A DNA stretch of 64,000 bases from Vitrella brassicaformis CCMP3155 (taxonomy: Eukaryota; Protista; Chromerida): assembly GCA_001179505.1 (NCBI GenBank), contig CDMY01000390.1, positions 25,342-89,341 of the forward strand, written 5' to 3'. The position numbers were made by a program, and so were the translations under genes. Under the pieces are notes generated by a model. That model was not told the origin of the DNA. It worked only from the letters and a program-made list of their open reading frames with translations, and ran no database searches. This document shows, piece by piece, positions 48,812-60,303 of the stretch (position 1 is its first letter; each line of letters starts with the position of its first letter).

Positions 48812-51800
48812 CTATCTGATTGGCTCCTGGAAGAAACTGATCAGCACCTCCAGGCTGCACACACAGACAAAACAGAACGGAACAACCGCAATGTGTCGCT
48901 GTATGTTTGTATGTATGTACTTGTAGTTGTTGAGTATGGCGGTGAGCTCTTCCAGCCGCTCGCGGCTCACAGAGGGGTAGCCCTTCAGCTGCCATTTGCT
49001 CACATACCTAATGGACGGACAGATCGATGCATGGGACGGACACATATACGAGGGCAGCCTTGTCTCTGTCTGTCTGTGTGTGAGACTCGGTGTGTGCGTA
49101 CGTGTCATGGACGAGTCCATGCAGGAATGAAAGCCGCCGCGGCTGCTCCTCGTACTCCCGCTTGATCGAATCTACATAGACACGAAATGCACCAAATCAT
49201 TCCATGGACACACACATGGACACACACGAGCGTACCAGCATTGTCAATTACGTGTCTGAGGTCGGGTGCGAGGAAGTCGACCGTCCCCTCCTGCTGCTGT
49301 ATCTCCCTAAGTGGCTCCACCAGCCGCACCTGGGTGGCCAACGCGTGCTGCACCGACAGCCTACGGTCCACCAGAGACAACACGTGGGGCAAACTGGCAT
49401 CCTGGACGGACCAGACAGACAGACAGACAGAGATGGTGCACGTCTCGTTGATTGTTGCTCATGTGAATGTATCCACCTGCACGTCGGTGGTGATGGCGAG
49501 GTGGATTTTGCGGTTTGTGGCCTCGCTGGACAGCACCTCCTGCACACACCGATGCATGCAGGTGTGCACAGCCGCATGATTGGTGGTGGTCTTGGTGGCT
49601 CCCTCCCTCTCTCTGGCACCTTGAGAATCCTCATGGTGGCCACACAGTCTGTGCGAAACACCGCCGAACCCTTAGAATACCTACATGAGCACAAACGCAA
49701 CACACGTGCGTGAGTACATCGACAGACAGCCGGCCAACCTGGCCTCCATGTGTGTGCCCAGGTAGGTCGACCGGAAGACGGCGCACTCCTGCACACATGA
49801 GGGAGGGACGGAGAGAGGGATGGAGGGATGGGAGCTTCCTGTTGGCCATATGCTCACCTCGTCCTGGTTGGGTCTTGCTGGGAGGTCGTTGACGCACGCA
49901 CCAAGCCATCCGTGCACTTCACCCAAACTAAACGAACCTGCTCACATACATCCATCCAAACAATCATCATTAAGATGAAGCAAGTGTGTGTCGGTTTGCG
50001 CATGCCCACCAGTGATCCGCAGCTCATTCAGAGGCAAGTCCTTCGGCAACTGTAGGCAGTAGAGACCTGCCTGCCTCCCTGCCTGTATGCGTGTGTGTGG
50101 CCGGCAACCCGTGCGCACCTCTTGCACTCGTTCGTGGAGGCTAAGAGGCTTGACGGGGATGTCAATCAACGGACACACGCGAAGGGACGTCTACACACAC
50201 ATACACACATACACACAGCACAGCCACGTGGACAGATAGACAGCAGCTCACACAATGGATTGTATACCTTTGGCACGACGAAGCACGACATGGTGCCGTA
50301 TCGGCCTGATGACACACACGATGATACAACCATCCATCTGCGTTGTGTTTCCAAGACAGCGAGTACCCTCAACGGTGCGGAATCGGACCTCCAAGCGTGT
50401 CGGATCGCCCTGGTGCACACATGTCATCCATCAGTTGGTCACGTATGTGTGCGCATGCATCGCTCTCTCCTCCTGCCTGTTTTGTTGTGCTGACCTGACA
50501 CCGCATTGTGGCGAGCAGTGGACTAGCAGAGTCACCGTCAGATCGAGTCACTACTGGGGCTGCATGTGGGAATGACATCACATCACAGCGGGTATGAGAT
50601 GGATCTTACTCTGTTCAGTGGATCCCTCCGAGCAGTCGAGCAGGTCGATGGCCACGTCGCTGCGAAGCACCACCAACTCCTGCATGTGTGTGTGGGGGGG
50701 CAAGCGTCCCCACGTGAAGGCACTCCTTCTGTGCGTCCGACGGTGCATGGATACGTACGATTGGGTCGGGTGAGTCGACGGTGAGGAGGTAACACGCCTC
50801 GTCCGACATCAAACGAAACCGATGCGATATCTGACACACACGCACGCGCAGAGAGAGAGAGGAGAGAGCGAGAGAGAGATTACGCGACCCCATTCTGTCT
50901 GTGTCTGCCTGGCTGTGGGCTGACGGGTGCGTGGGAAACCTTTGTGGGCACGGCGGCAGCAATGACGCTCTTGGACAGATCCTGATACCTGAACCAAGAC
51001 ATCAGCAAAGACAGATTGTGCATCACACCTTGGTTCATCTACCCATCATACCTCTTCCGTGCGTGTTCGAGCTTCTCTCTCAGTGCCGCGACCTCCTTCT
51101 CCAGCGATTTCACCTTCTTGGCCTGACAAACAAACCGGTCGGTACGCACAGCGGAAACAAACTACTGGTCGTGCGGTCACGTACCCGCGCCTCCGGGCTC
51201 TCATCGGGTCTGGTCTGCGCCTCGCCGCCCTCGACCTCACCTGCGCAACATCAGCCAGGCACACAGACATGAGGTGAAGAGCTTGCTGTGTCGGGCTAGT
51301 GGCCACGGTGTGTACCCGATGCCGCTGCTGCTGCTGCCCCGGTGGTGTCTGCTGCCGACGCATCTGGAGACACCATCACACATGACACACAGGGGTGCTC
51401 TGTGTGTGTGTGTGTGTGTGTGCATGGTAGGTGGGATGCATGTGTGTGACAGCTGCTGGCTGGGTGATCGACCTGGAGTGAGTGCGACCACCCGCCCGCT
51501 GTACGTTGACACTATCACCTCCAGATAATCTGGGAGGGAAAATGTCACTCTCACACGTGTGCGTGAGTGTCAGATGCAATGTGCGTGTGTGTGTACCTAC
51601 CTCCCGTAGTGACGTATCCCGCGTCGAGTCCCCTGATGCTCTCGTGAAGGCACACCTCATACGCCAACACAGGCGACCCACTCAGCACCTCACGCCATAT
51701 CTGTGTAACAAGTACACCCACCAACAGATACCGAAGACTCTCTCAAATGGTTGCTCGTTGGCTGACCTCTACAGTGCCGTCATCCCGGCCGATCAGCACA

Positions 51801-53284
51801 TCGGGCTCCCCCGACTGTCGATGAGCAATTTCACACACCCATGGGCCGCCGATTTGTTTGTATGTCTGTGTATGTGGTGGTTGGCAGCCGTTCGTCATAC
51901 CCCAGTGAAGTCGGCACCCATGATATTGACAACACCAGCCCTGACAAACAAAACCAACACGCACACCACATCAAGGCCAAGACCGGTGTATGTATCTGTC
52001 TTCCCGCCTGGCTGGCTGGCTGCCTGCCAGTCCCGCCTACCGCCGTTTTCTTTTGGCCGGCTGGTCCTCATCCACCTCTATCAGGCACCCCTCCCGCATC
52101 ACATTATCCACACTGACCACAGAAGGACCGACAAAAGTGACACACACAGAGCGCCATACATTCGTCCTCGTCCACCTTTATGCCTCCTCGCGCTCACGTG
52201 TCGATGAGTGCCAGCCCGGCCCTGCCAGTCTCGGTGCCATAGAGCAGCTCGATCGGCAGCTGAGAGCCGGGCACACGCTCGCGGAGGAAACCTGTGAATG
52301 AATGGCCAGCAGATGGATGCATTGACGGAGACAAGATGCACCGTTTCGGTTTGGTCACGTACCGAGTGCGGTGACAGGTCCATCGACGGGGTACTGGTGG
52401 TACAGTTGCTCCCCACTGTACACTCGAATGTGGCGGTCCTGAGGGCAAACAAGAGAATGACGGCATAACAGTCGAGCGACCCTGTGTGGCCCGACTACCG
52501 ACCTGACAGGCAACAATCGAGCACAGGGGCGTCCTGCAAGTGACAGGCGGAGAGGGAGAGAGATGTGGCAGCCATGTGTAAAGGTATCCAGAAGTGTAAG
52601 TATGTGTGTGTGTGTAGGTTACTGACTGCGGTCCGGCCACAGCGGCGCACTGGAGGTCGTTGATGCGGTCGGGGGACATGACGAACCCAGCGTCCTTGCA
52701 GCTGTCGTATATCGTCAACAAGTAATCCTACACACACACACACAGCCACACCCACACCCCCACACACCACAGCAGAGATAGAGAGAAGCCAACAGATTCA
52801 CATGTACGCCACACACAAGTGCATTGTGAGTTAGCTCAGCTCACCCCGCCGGCCCAAATCATGGCTTCGTGCACGACGAGCGATGAGATGGTCTCAGTGA
52901 GGTTGGTCTTGAACTTGAGGAACTCCTTGCCCTTCCGCGTGAAGCCCCATATCGTCTGACCCGCACCCACAAACAGCTTGTCCCGCCCACACTGCAGCGC
53001 CACACGGCTGACGGGGCGGCCCAGGGGAGGCGACCGCCACTCCACCTCCGCTGCGCCCTTCTTCATAAAGAACACCGTCAGCACACCGGAATCGTCACCA
53101 ATCGCAACTGAGTGCAACATTAGACCAAACAATGCCGCGCAGATCTCTCCTCACACACCATGCTGTCTGTTCTGACATGCTGACCTTTCTGTTGTCTCTT
53201 CTTTCCGAATGGCAGCACTGCGAGTGTGTTGCGTGCGATGCTCCCTCCCGAAGTGTGCAACAGATCTACCACATACAGCTGCAT
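48812..53284 (-). CDS. BBS7: Bardet-Biedl syndrome 7 protein (BBSome subunit), multi-exon
   Basis: MQLYVVDLLHT..KKRQQK|VAIGDDSGVLTVFFMKKG..IWGFTRKGKEFLKFKTNLTETI; DRINDL; VLIGRDDGTVEV; EVIVSTYSGRVVALT; VKPLSLHERV; SEATNRKIHL; C-terminal NNYN|LEVLISFFQEPIR*. All collinear with recalled BBS7. Confidence 0.93.
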
Positions 53285-53619
53285 TCTGATGAATGAATGC
53301 CGTCAGAACCACTGAGGCGAGATAGAGTCACTCCGCGGTGCGATTTTTCACAGATCTCGATGCCACTAGACGACTCTCGAGCTTGGCTCGAAGCCACTGG
53401 GCAAGGAGAAGGAGGGCATCACCCAAGCTCACGCCTTGCCTCCGGCTGCGTTCGGGTGCTCCATGAAACCGCAGCTCCTGCTTCCCGAAAGAACCGGACG
53501 GTCATGAGAATGGCTGACATTCCCACGAATGAAACGGAGGAGGGGAAAGCCGCCCGCCCAAGCCGCAGAAACGGCGCACGACGAACTGATGGCGCGATGA
53601 ATTGGTTCATTGTTTTGAC

Positions 53620-54260
53620 GTAGCGAGCCGCCGTCGCCGACATCAAAGCACGGTTCCACGAGCGCTGCCTGGTAAGCGCACTGGCGAGTGAGGAAGGTCA
53701 TGTTGATGGCAGATACCCATTCGATGCACTTTTGCATTGCTGTGTGTGCAGAAGTGCCACCCCGATAAGGGCGGCTCTTCGGCGGCGTTCCGAGAGCTGT
53801 ATGAGGCCTACAAAGTCGCCTGCGGACACCTGATTGGCGGCAGTGTGGGAGGGGTAAGCAGCCGAACGAACTCACTGCATGTGCTGGTCTCATTGCGTTG
53901 TTGTCTGTCTGTCTGTCTGTCTATCATCGTCAGGGCCGTCAGAAGGTGTTCGTCACGGAGTTAGAACAGCTTCGCGCGCAGGTAAGTGATGGACCAATTG
54001 ACGAATGAGGCAGACAGACAGACAGACCGCCGTGCTCATCAGATTAATTGTGCAGAACGAAGAGGCCAAGCGAAAGGCAGCGCCAGCACGAGCCGCGGGG
54101 AAGGAGCACTTGGAGAAGCTGCGCGAGATGTGCGCGAGGGAAGATGCCGGCGAGGAGCTGGATAAGACGGCCTGCCTGAAGGAGGCCCATCGGGCGGACA
54201 GGGCGGCAGCAGAGGAGGCCAAACGCACCTTCGACAAGGCCACCGCTGCCGGCACACGAG
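53620..54260 (+). pseudogene. J-domain unit (partial J1-J2-L-H) directly upstream of, and divergent from, BBS7
   Basis: ADIKARFHERCL|KCHPDKGGSSAAFRELYEAYKVA|GRQKVFVTELEQLRAQ|NEEAKRKAA..EEAKRTFDKAT; most similar to the unit at 47605-48100. Confidence 0.65.
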
Positions 54261-54311
54261 GCGCCATACATACAGCGACATGTATGTATGTGTGGACGCC
54301 GTACGTTTAGA

Positions 54312-57300
54312 GTATGTGTGGAGAGGCAGCAGCTTCACGTGACTGACGTTTCAGTCGTTTTGGCGCGAAAGTTGTCGGTGTAATCACGTTCTGTTCTTAG
54401 TGCTGCGTAAGTGGGGGGACCCCCTCCCCCGGATGCTATGCGTGTGTGCATACACTTATCCGTCAATGGACTCTCTCGGCCAACAGAGATTCATCTAGAT
54501 GTCATCGGTCTGCACGCCCCTCACAGCGCCCGTCAGTCATGCCCTGGCTGTAGCCACCGACGCCAGGCAAGCGTCCAGCCCCCACCTCCCATTCAGTCTG
54601 CCTAATCCACATCAATGTGAGCACGACGGAACTAACAACACAGACATCGGAATATAAAATGTAAGCAGCGATGCTGCGCGCACACGCAGCATGCCAACGG
54701 CCGAGGAGAGCTGGTGTCTCTCCTCTAACACGTCAGACGCGCCCACCGCTGCCGAACCCAGCCACTCACACGCGGAAGCGGTGCTTGGCCGCCTCCTCAC
54801 TCCTCTTCTGGAGCTCCTGCCGCCGCGCCCTCACCTCCTGCTGGTGCTGCCGCTTCGACAGCCTCGTTGCTGCCGCGGGGACCGTGGGGGCGGCTCTCTG
54901 CTTGGCGGCGGCGGCGGCAGAGCGTTTGTGTGTGTGGCGTGCTGGTTGTGCGGCGGGATGGATTGTGAGGTCTGACTGACCTTTCCTCCCAGCCACCGTC
55001 CTCCTCCTCCTTTTGTTGGCGGACTTCGACCAGAACCAATTCTGCCCGAAGCTGAGCACACATCACACACACGTACGTCATTGGTATGCCGTCACTTGGC
55101 CGGTTTGTCCGCGTGGCTTCTTGTTGCTGGCGTGCAGACCTCATTCGGCGACACTGCGAGATGGCCTTACGACACCACCAGGCGGAAAGGGGAGTGCCAC
55201 TGCGTAGGATGCCAAGGAATCTCTCAACTGCCTGAGGCAAAGGCAACAACAGAAACAGGCAGGGGCGGGTGAATGTGTGTGTGGCGTGCATCATGGCCGA
55301 CGGGCAAGTGTGTTACCTGGTGTTCTTCGCTGCCGCGAAAGGATTGGTCGACGACTTCTCTCTCCCAAGAAGCCACGCGCAACATCTGTGTCTGCACGAA
55401 TGCATTCATTCACCGGCACACAGCAGCGGCAGCACCACGATGGATGGATGAACACTCACTCTTTTGCCATAGGTGTATGCAGTGACCTGTTCCGCGAGTT
55501 CCAGCAGTAGTCTCTGATCAGGAAGATCCTCACTGGGCGAGCGACCTGACCACAGGCAGCCACACACAGACACAGACAGAGAGACACAGAGAGAGAGGGA
55601 TGAGTCGGACGGCCAGCCTTCTCCCTTTCTCCCCGTGTGTGCTCTTGTGTGTGGTTGTGTGCCTCACCGAGTGTGTTTTCGTCGTGTCGATCATGATCGT
55701 TGTCTGCACCCTCATCCTTCTGGACTGGCAGGTGACGCTCACGACCCGCTGCCCCGGCGGATAACAAGAAGCTACTGCTACCCTCCTCCTCTGTGTCGCT
55801 CTCCGTTCCGTCCACTTGCCGCACGCCCGACACACCCACACCCACACCAAAGTCCGCACCAGAGCCGGTACTGCTCCCTGGCAGACCTACATGCACACGG
55901 ATGGGGTCATGCGGATGGATGTGCCTCGTGTAAGTGTGGGTGCGTATTTGTGTGTGTCTGTGTGTGTGTGTGTGTGTGTGTCACGTACCATCAAAGGGCA
56001 GCCGTGACGGTCGTCTTCTTCTTGGCGGGGGCGGCGGCAGAGCGTTTTCACCCGGCCGGGTGGGCTTGGTCGGTGGTGGCTGGGCGGGTATGGGGCGGCC
56101 TTCTTGGTGGCGCCTTCGTGGTGGCGTGTGGCGGTCTCGCCCCTCTCACCGGCAGCGGTGCTGGTGAGCAGCGTCGGCGGGCGTGGTGCCGTGCGTCGTG
56201 TGGGCCGTCGTGGTCTCGTCGAAGTGCCGTTTGGCCTCCTCTGCCGCCGCCTCGGCCGCCAGCCGGGCCTCCTCCCCCCAGGTCTNNNNNNNNNNNNNNN
56301 NNNNNNNNNNNNNNNNNNNNNNNNNNNNNNNNNNNNNNNNNNNNNNNNNNNNNNNNNNNNNNNNNNNNNNNNNNNNNNNNNNNNNNNNNNNNNNNNNNNN
56401 NNNNNNNNNNNNNNNNNNNNNNNNNNNNNNNNNNNNNNNNNNNNNNNNNNNNNNNNNNNNNNNNNNNNNNNNNNNNNNNNNNNNNNNNNNNNNNNNNNNN
56501 NNNNNNNNNNNNNNNNNNNNNNNNNNNNNNNNNNNNNNNNNNNNNNNNNNNNNNNNNNNNNNNNNNNNNNNNNNNNNNNNNNNNNCGCATCGATGCCGCT
56601 TGTGAGGCGGCGGCGCCTCTTCCGACTCGCTCTGCACAAGCAATTAGATGGGCACAGCGGTCACTGTCTGTCTCATTTGTCAGTTGGTCCATCACTTACC
56701 TGCGCGCGAACCCGTGCTAACAGCAGTGCCCACTCCTCGGGCGTGAAAAAATATTTCTGCCGATGCCGGGAAAGGGAAGGACCTCTCTCGCTGAGCTGAA
56801 AGAGAAGGCAAAAAGGACAGATGTCGAGTGTTCGTCACGATATATAGAGAGAGCCCTTGGTGGCGGCGCATGAGGCGACTTGCCTACTCAGAAGACACAG
56901 CTTATTTTTCCGCTGATCAAAGCAGTGAGCATTCTGAGTTTTTGACAGTGCACGTGTGCACGCTACTATCTTTGTGGCTTCCATACGCAGGTCTCCTCGT
57001 TGGTCAGGAGGTTGTCGTCGTCGTGAAAACTTCTCGGCCTGCTCAAGACACAAAGATGAATTGGATAAATTTTCAATCTGTCTCTTTTTTCTCGCTTTTT
57101 TTCGTCGGACCAAGGGATCTCGTTTGTGGAGAGCAGCAGACAGGGAATCCGACGCGCACGTGAACACCAATCTCAATGAGGCACTCGCTATTCTTCACAG
57201 AAATGTGTTGAGAAAAGGAGACAGGAATGAGAAAGAAAGAAATCACCACTTCATCTGCACACACAGACATGGCAATAGGAGGCATCTGAGCACACCCATG

Positions 57301-57820
57301 ACAACGAAATGCACCATGCATTCATCCCTGTCATCCACACACCACACCATCACCACACCCGAGAGACAGGACGCACGATGCCACACTCATATGTATTCAC
57401 CTGACGAAGGCGGTTTGTGCGAAAAGAAGGCGCGTGCGCACTCTGCAGGCGCCAGGCAGTCGCCAGCCGCTCCGCACAAGGAACGGCACCACCAGGCGAG
57501 CCCTCGCCCGGGGCACGGCCGTGGAGGAAAAAAGTGGCGGATGGATCCGGACGAGTTGGGAGGGGTAGAGGGAGATGCGGCGGACAACACAAGCCAACAA
57601 CCAGCCGAAAAGAAACAGATACGAAGGAGATGTGGCCGAAATAAGGCTGCAAAGCCAAACGCGGACCAAAAATGCGGAAAATGAGACTGCGAGTTCAAAT
57701 CAGGGGTTTGTCTCAGCTCGCGAAAATTCTCGCCGCATTTGAATTTCGTTTTCTGCGGCCAACAGGAGGCCACAGGCAGAGACCCAGGCACCTCTGAAGA
57801 GAAAGAGCGACCGACGGCCA
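54312..57820 (-). repeat. Right (inverted) arm of the DnaJ-module array: U-L-H-gap-H-unique exons-T-X on the minus strand
   Basis: 56586-57260 is the reverse complement of 44087-44765 with almost no differences; 57260-57820 matches 39736-40300; 56170-56285 is inverted H; 54770-54920 is inverted T; 54312-54723 is inverted X. Confidence 0.9.
56286..56585. other. Assembly gap (300 N) inside the inverted arm
   Basis: N run. Confidence 0.95.
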
Positions 57821-57971
57821 TGAGATAGCGCGGAAAGGTCACGCTCAGACGAGCAGAGAGCAAAGAGGAGGCCCGTATCCTATTCATTCATCGCATTTGC
57901 CCTCCTGTGTGCTGTACTGTCAGGTCGGCGCGTCATTCATTCATCTCTCGGCTTGATGGCGTCTGGCGACT

Positions 57972-60230
57972 ATGGCGTCATGGTGTGGTGGTCTTCAGGC
58001 ATTGCGTGAAGCTGCCGTGAGCACAGCGAGCAGCACCATGCGCGGCACCAAACCATGCGCCACAGGTGGGCTTACTGACCGCGCCTCCCTTGTGAGGGGG
58101 AGAGGGGTTCTGCGTGTGGTGTGGTGTGTGTGTTGGCCAGGTGGTGGTGGATATAGCACTGTATTCGGATTCATCAACCAGAGCGAGCAGTCGGTGAGCA
58201 CTGTGAGGAGCAGGCATGTATTCCCCTTCTGCTCATCACAGCCGTGTGTATTCCTCCTCTTCAGAGGTTCTGTGAGGTGTTTGGGAGGCTGCTGGCCTTG
58301 CATGAGCAATTTGTTGTGATGCAGACGCAGGTGAGAGCCATGCACGCTGACACTGAGATGGCGGGGGGCGGTGTGAGATTTTTGTTGTGTGTGCGGTGCG
58401 CAGATGGGCGACCTGGTCAGATTCTTAGCTGCGAAGGTCAGTGATGCCTCCCTCCCTCCCTGCTTCCGTTTGACTTCGTGTGGTCTGTGCACTGGGTGCT
58501 GGGCTCGGTGCGTGAGAGGCGTCTGGCGATGATGGAGGCTGCCGTGTCAGACGTATCCGATGCACTCGACCCCCTCAAGGACCGACTCAGACGACTGAAT
58601 GGAGTGGCATTGGTACGCACACACTCATGCATCCATCCATCCCTTGGGAAGGCATGTGCGGAGCTTTCCCTGTTTGTGTGTTTGTGTGTGTGTGTGTGTG
58701 GTTCAGCTGGAAGGGCACTCCCAGACTTTTGCGCTGGTCACTCCAGGCGATGGGGAGGCCCATGCTGTTGCTGAGAAACCCATCAAGACCACTGACACAG
58801 AGAAGAAGGTACGGCTGTTGCACTGTACTCCCTATTACCATGATGACAAGTGTGTCTGTGGGATGATGAGTGTGCAGGTTGAGGTTGATGCGAAGCGCCG
58901 CCACATTGGTGCTGCCGATCCGCCCTTCCTGGCCGGTCTGCCGCTCCTGCCCACGGACGTCGTCCGCGACACCCTCATGCCCCTCATCAGCGGCGAGCGC
59001 GACACCCCCTCCACCCTCAAGCCACAAAACACGATCGCCCTCTGCCGGACATCCGAGGCGGTCAGCAGCGCGCTCGAGGCCGCCCTGGTCGGCGACATTG
59101 ACAGCCTGATCGAGAAGAACGGCCTCACGGGCGTCATCGGCTACGCCCCGCTGCGCCGGTCGGTCGGCGCCCGTCATTTGGTGCGCCGACTGCGACTGAT
59201 CCGTCTGCACTACCTGATGGCGACGGGGGGCGACTGGCGGGGCAGCGAGCCGGTGCTGCGGCTGGCCAGGAGCTGTGGACGACTGCAGCAGCTGCCGATC
59301 GAGCTGACGGGTGGCGATCTGCAGCAGGCGGGCAGCAAGACTGTCTACCTCCGCCGCCCAGAGGCCATCCGCCAGTATGGCCTGTACGGCCACCGATTGG
59401 GCGATGACATGCAACTGACGTTGGCGGCCGATGGGCGGGAGATCCTGGGTGGGTGGTATGCGGTGGGGGTGCACACACGATGGACGGTGCCGGCCAGATA
59501 TGCGGCTGGATTCGATCCGAAGGATCCCCCCTGCATATGTGAGACAGGGGAGGGAGGCAGGGGAGGGAGGGCAAAGCACCATAGGAGAAGCAACTTGACA
59601 TGGATGTCATTTGGCGCTGCGTGTTGATGTGTCTGCAGGCGATGGTGACGAGTACGGGACCTTCCGTGGGTTGGTCGTCAAGAGGTATGCAGCGGCTTAA
59701 ATGAGAACACAACACAGCAACGTCTCGCGTGATTTGCCTTTCCGTTCCTCGCTCCTTCAGGACATGCTTTGGGTCGTCGCGTCGTGTGCGGGATGAGGTG
59801 TGGGGTCGCCGCACTGCTGAGTATCGCCGCATCTGTGCCCTGATCGCCCAGCAGCCGCCCCTGTGGGGCTGCCGCATCATCGACTACACTAGCAGATTCG
59901 GCAGTCCATATCGATTCGTCATACTGTGTGGCGACAAGGACGGCGACGAGTTCACATCAACCATCACGGTGGCCAAGTGGGGTCGTCAGCCGGCATACAT
60001 CGCCCTCCAGACCAGCGAGGAGCCCCAGAGCGGCAGTGATCTTGCTTCCTCCGTCCCCAGGGCAGTCGACATCGCCCACGACAAGTTAGGCGGAGCCATC
60101 ACATTACTCCCGGGGCTCGTCGGGTCCCACGCGGGCCCTCCCCCGCCCAACAGCTTTGCCACCGCCTCCTCACTTCCACCTCCTGACGCCCTCCTAGCCT
60201 CGGGTATATTCGCACACACAGATGGGGGTG
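57972..60230 (+). CDS. Multi-exon protein of a lineage-expanded family with F-box-like motif (unknown function)
   Basis: GT-AG exons; LAGLPLLPTDVVRDTLMPLI..LCRTS (F-box-like); LHYLMATGGDW..VLRLARSCGRLQQLPIEL; FDPKDPP; RFVILCGDKDGDEF. GC3-rich codons. May continue into the next model. Confidence 0.65.
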
Positions 60231-60303
60231 GTGTTTGTGCGTTTCGTGTGGGTGAGGTAGGCTGATGTGATGTGTGCGCTGTGTGATGGTGGTGTGTGTG
60301 TAG

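Noticed and set aside
39736-57820. Autonomous DNA transposon with terminal inverted repeats
   Set aside because: No transposase, RT or recombinase ORF was recognised, and the flanks (gaggtcg / tgagata) show no target-site duplication. Kept only as a foldback-like repeat.
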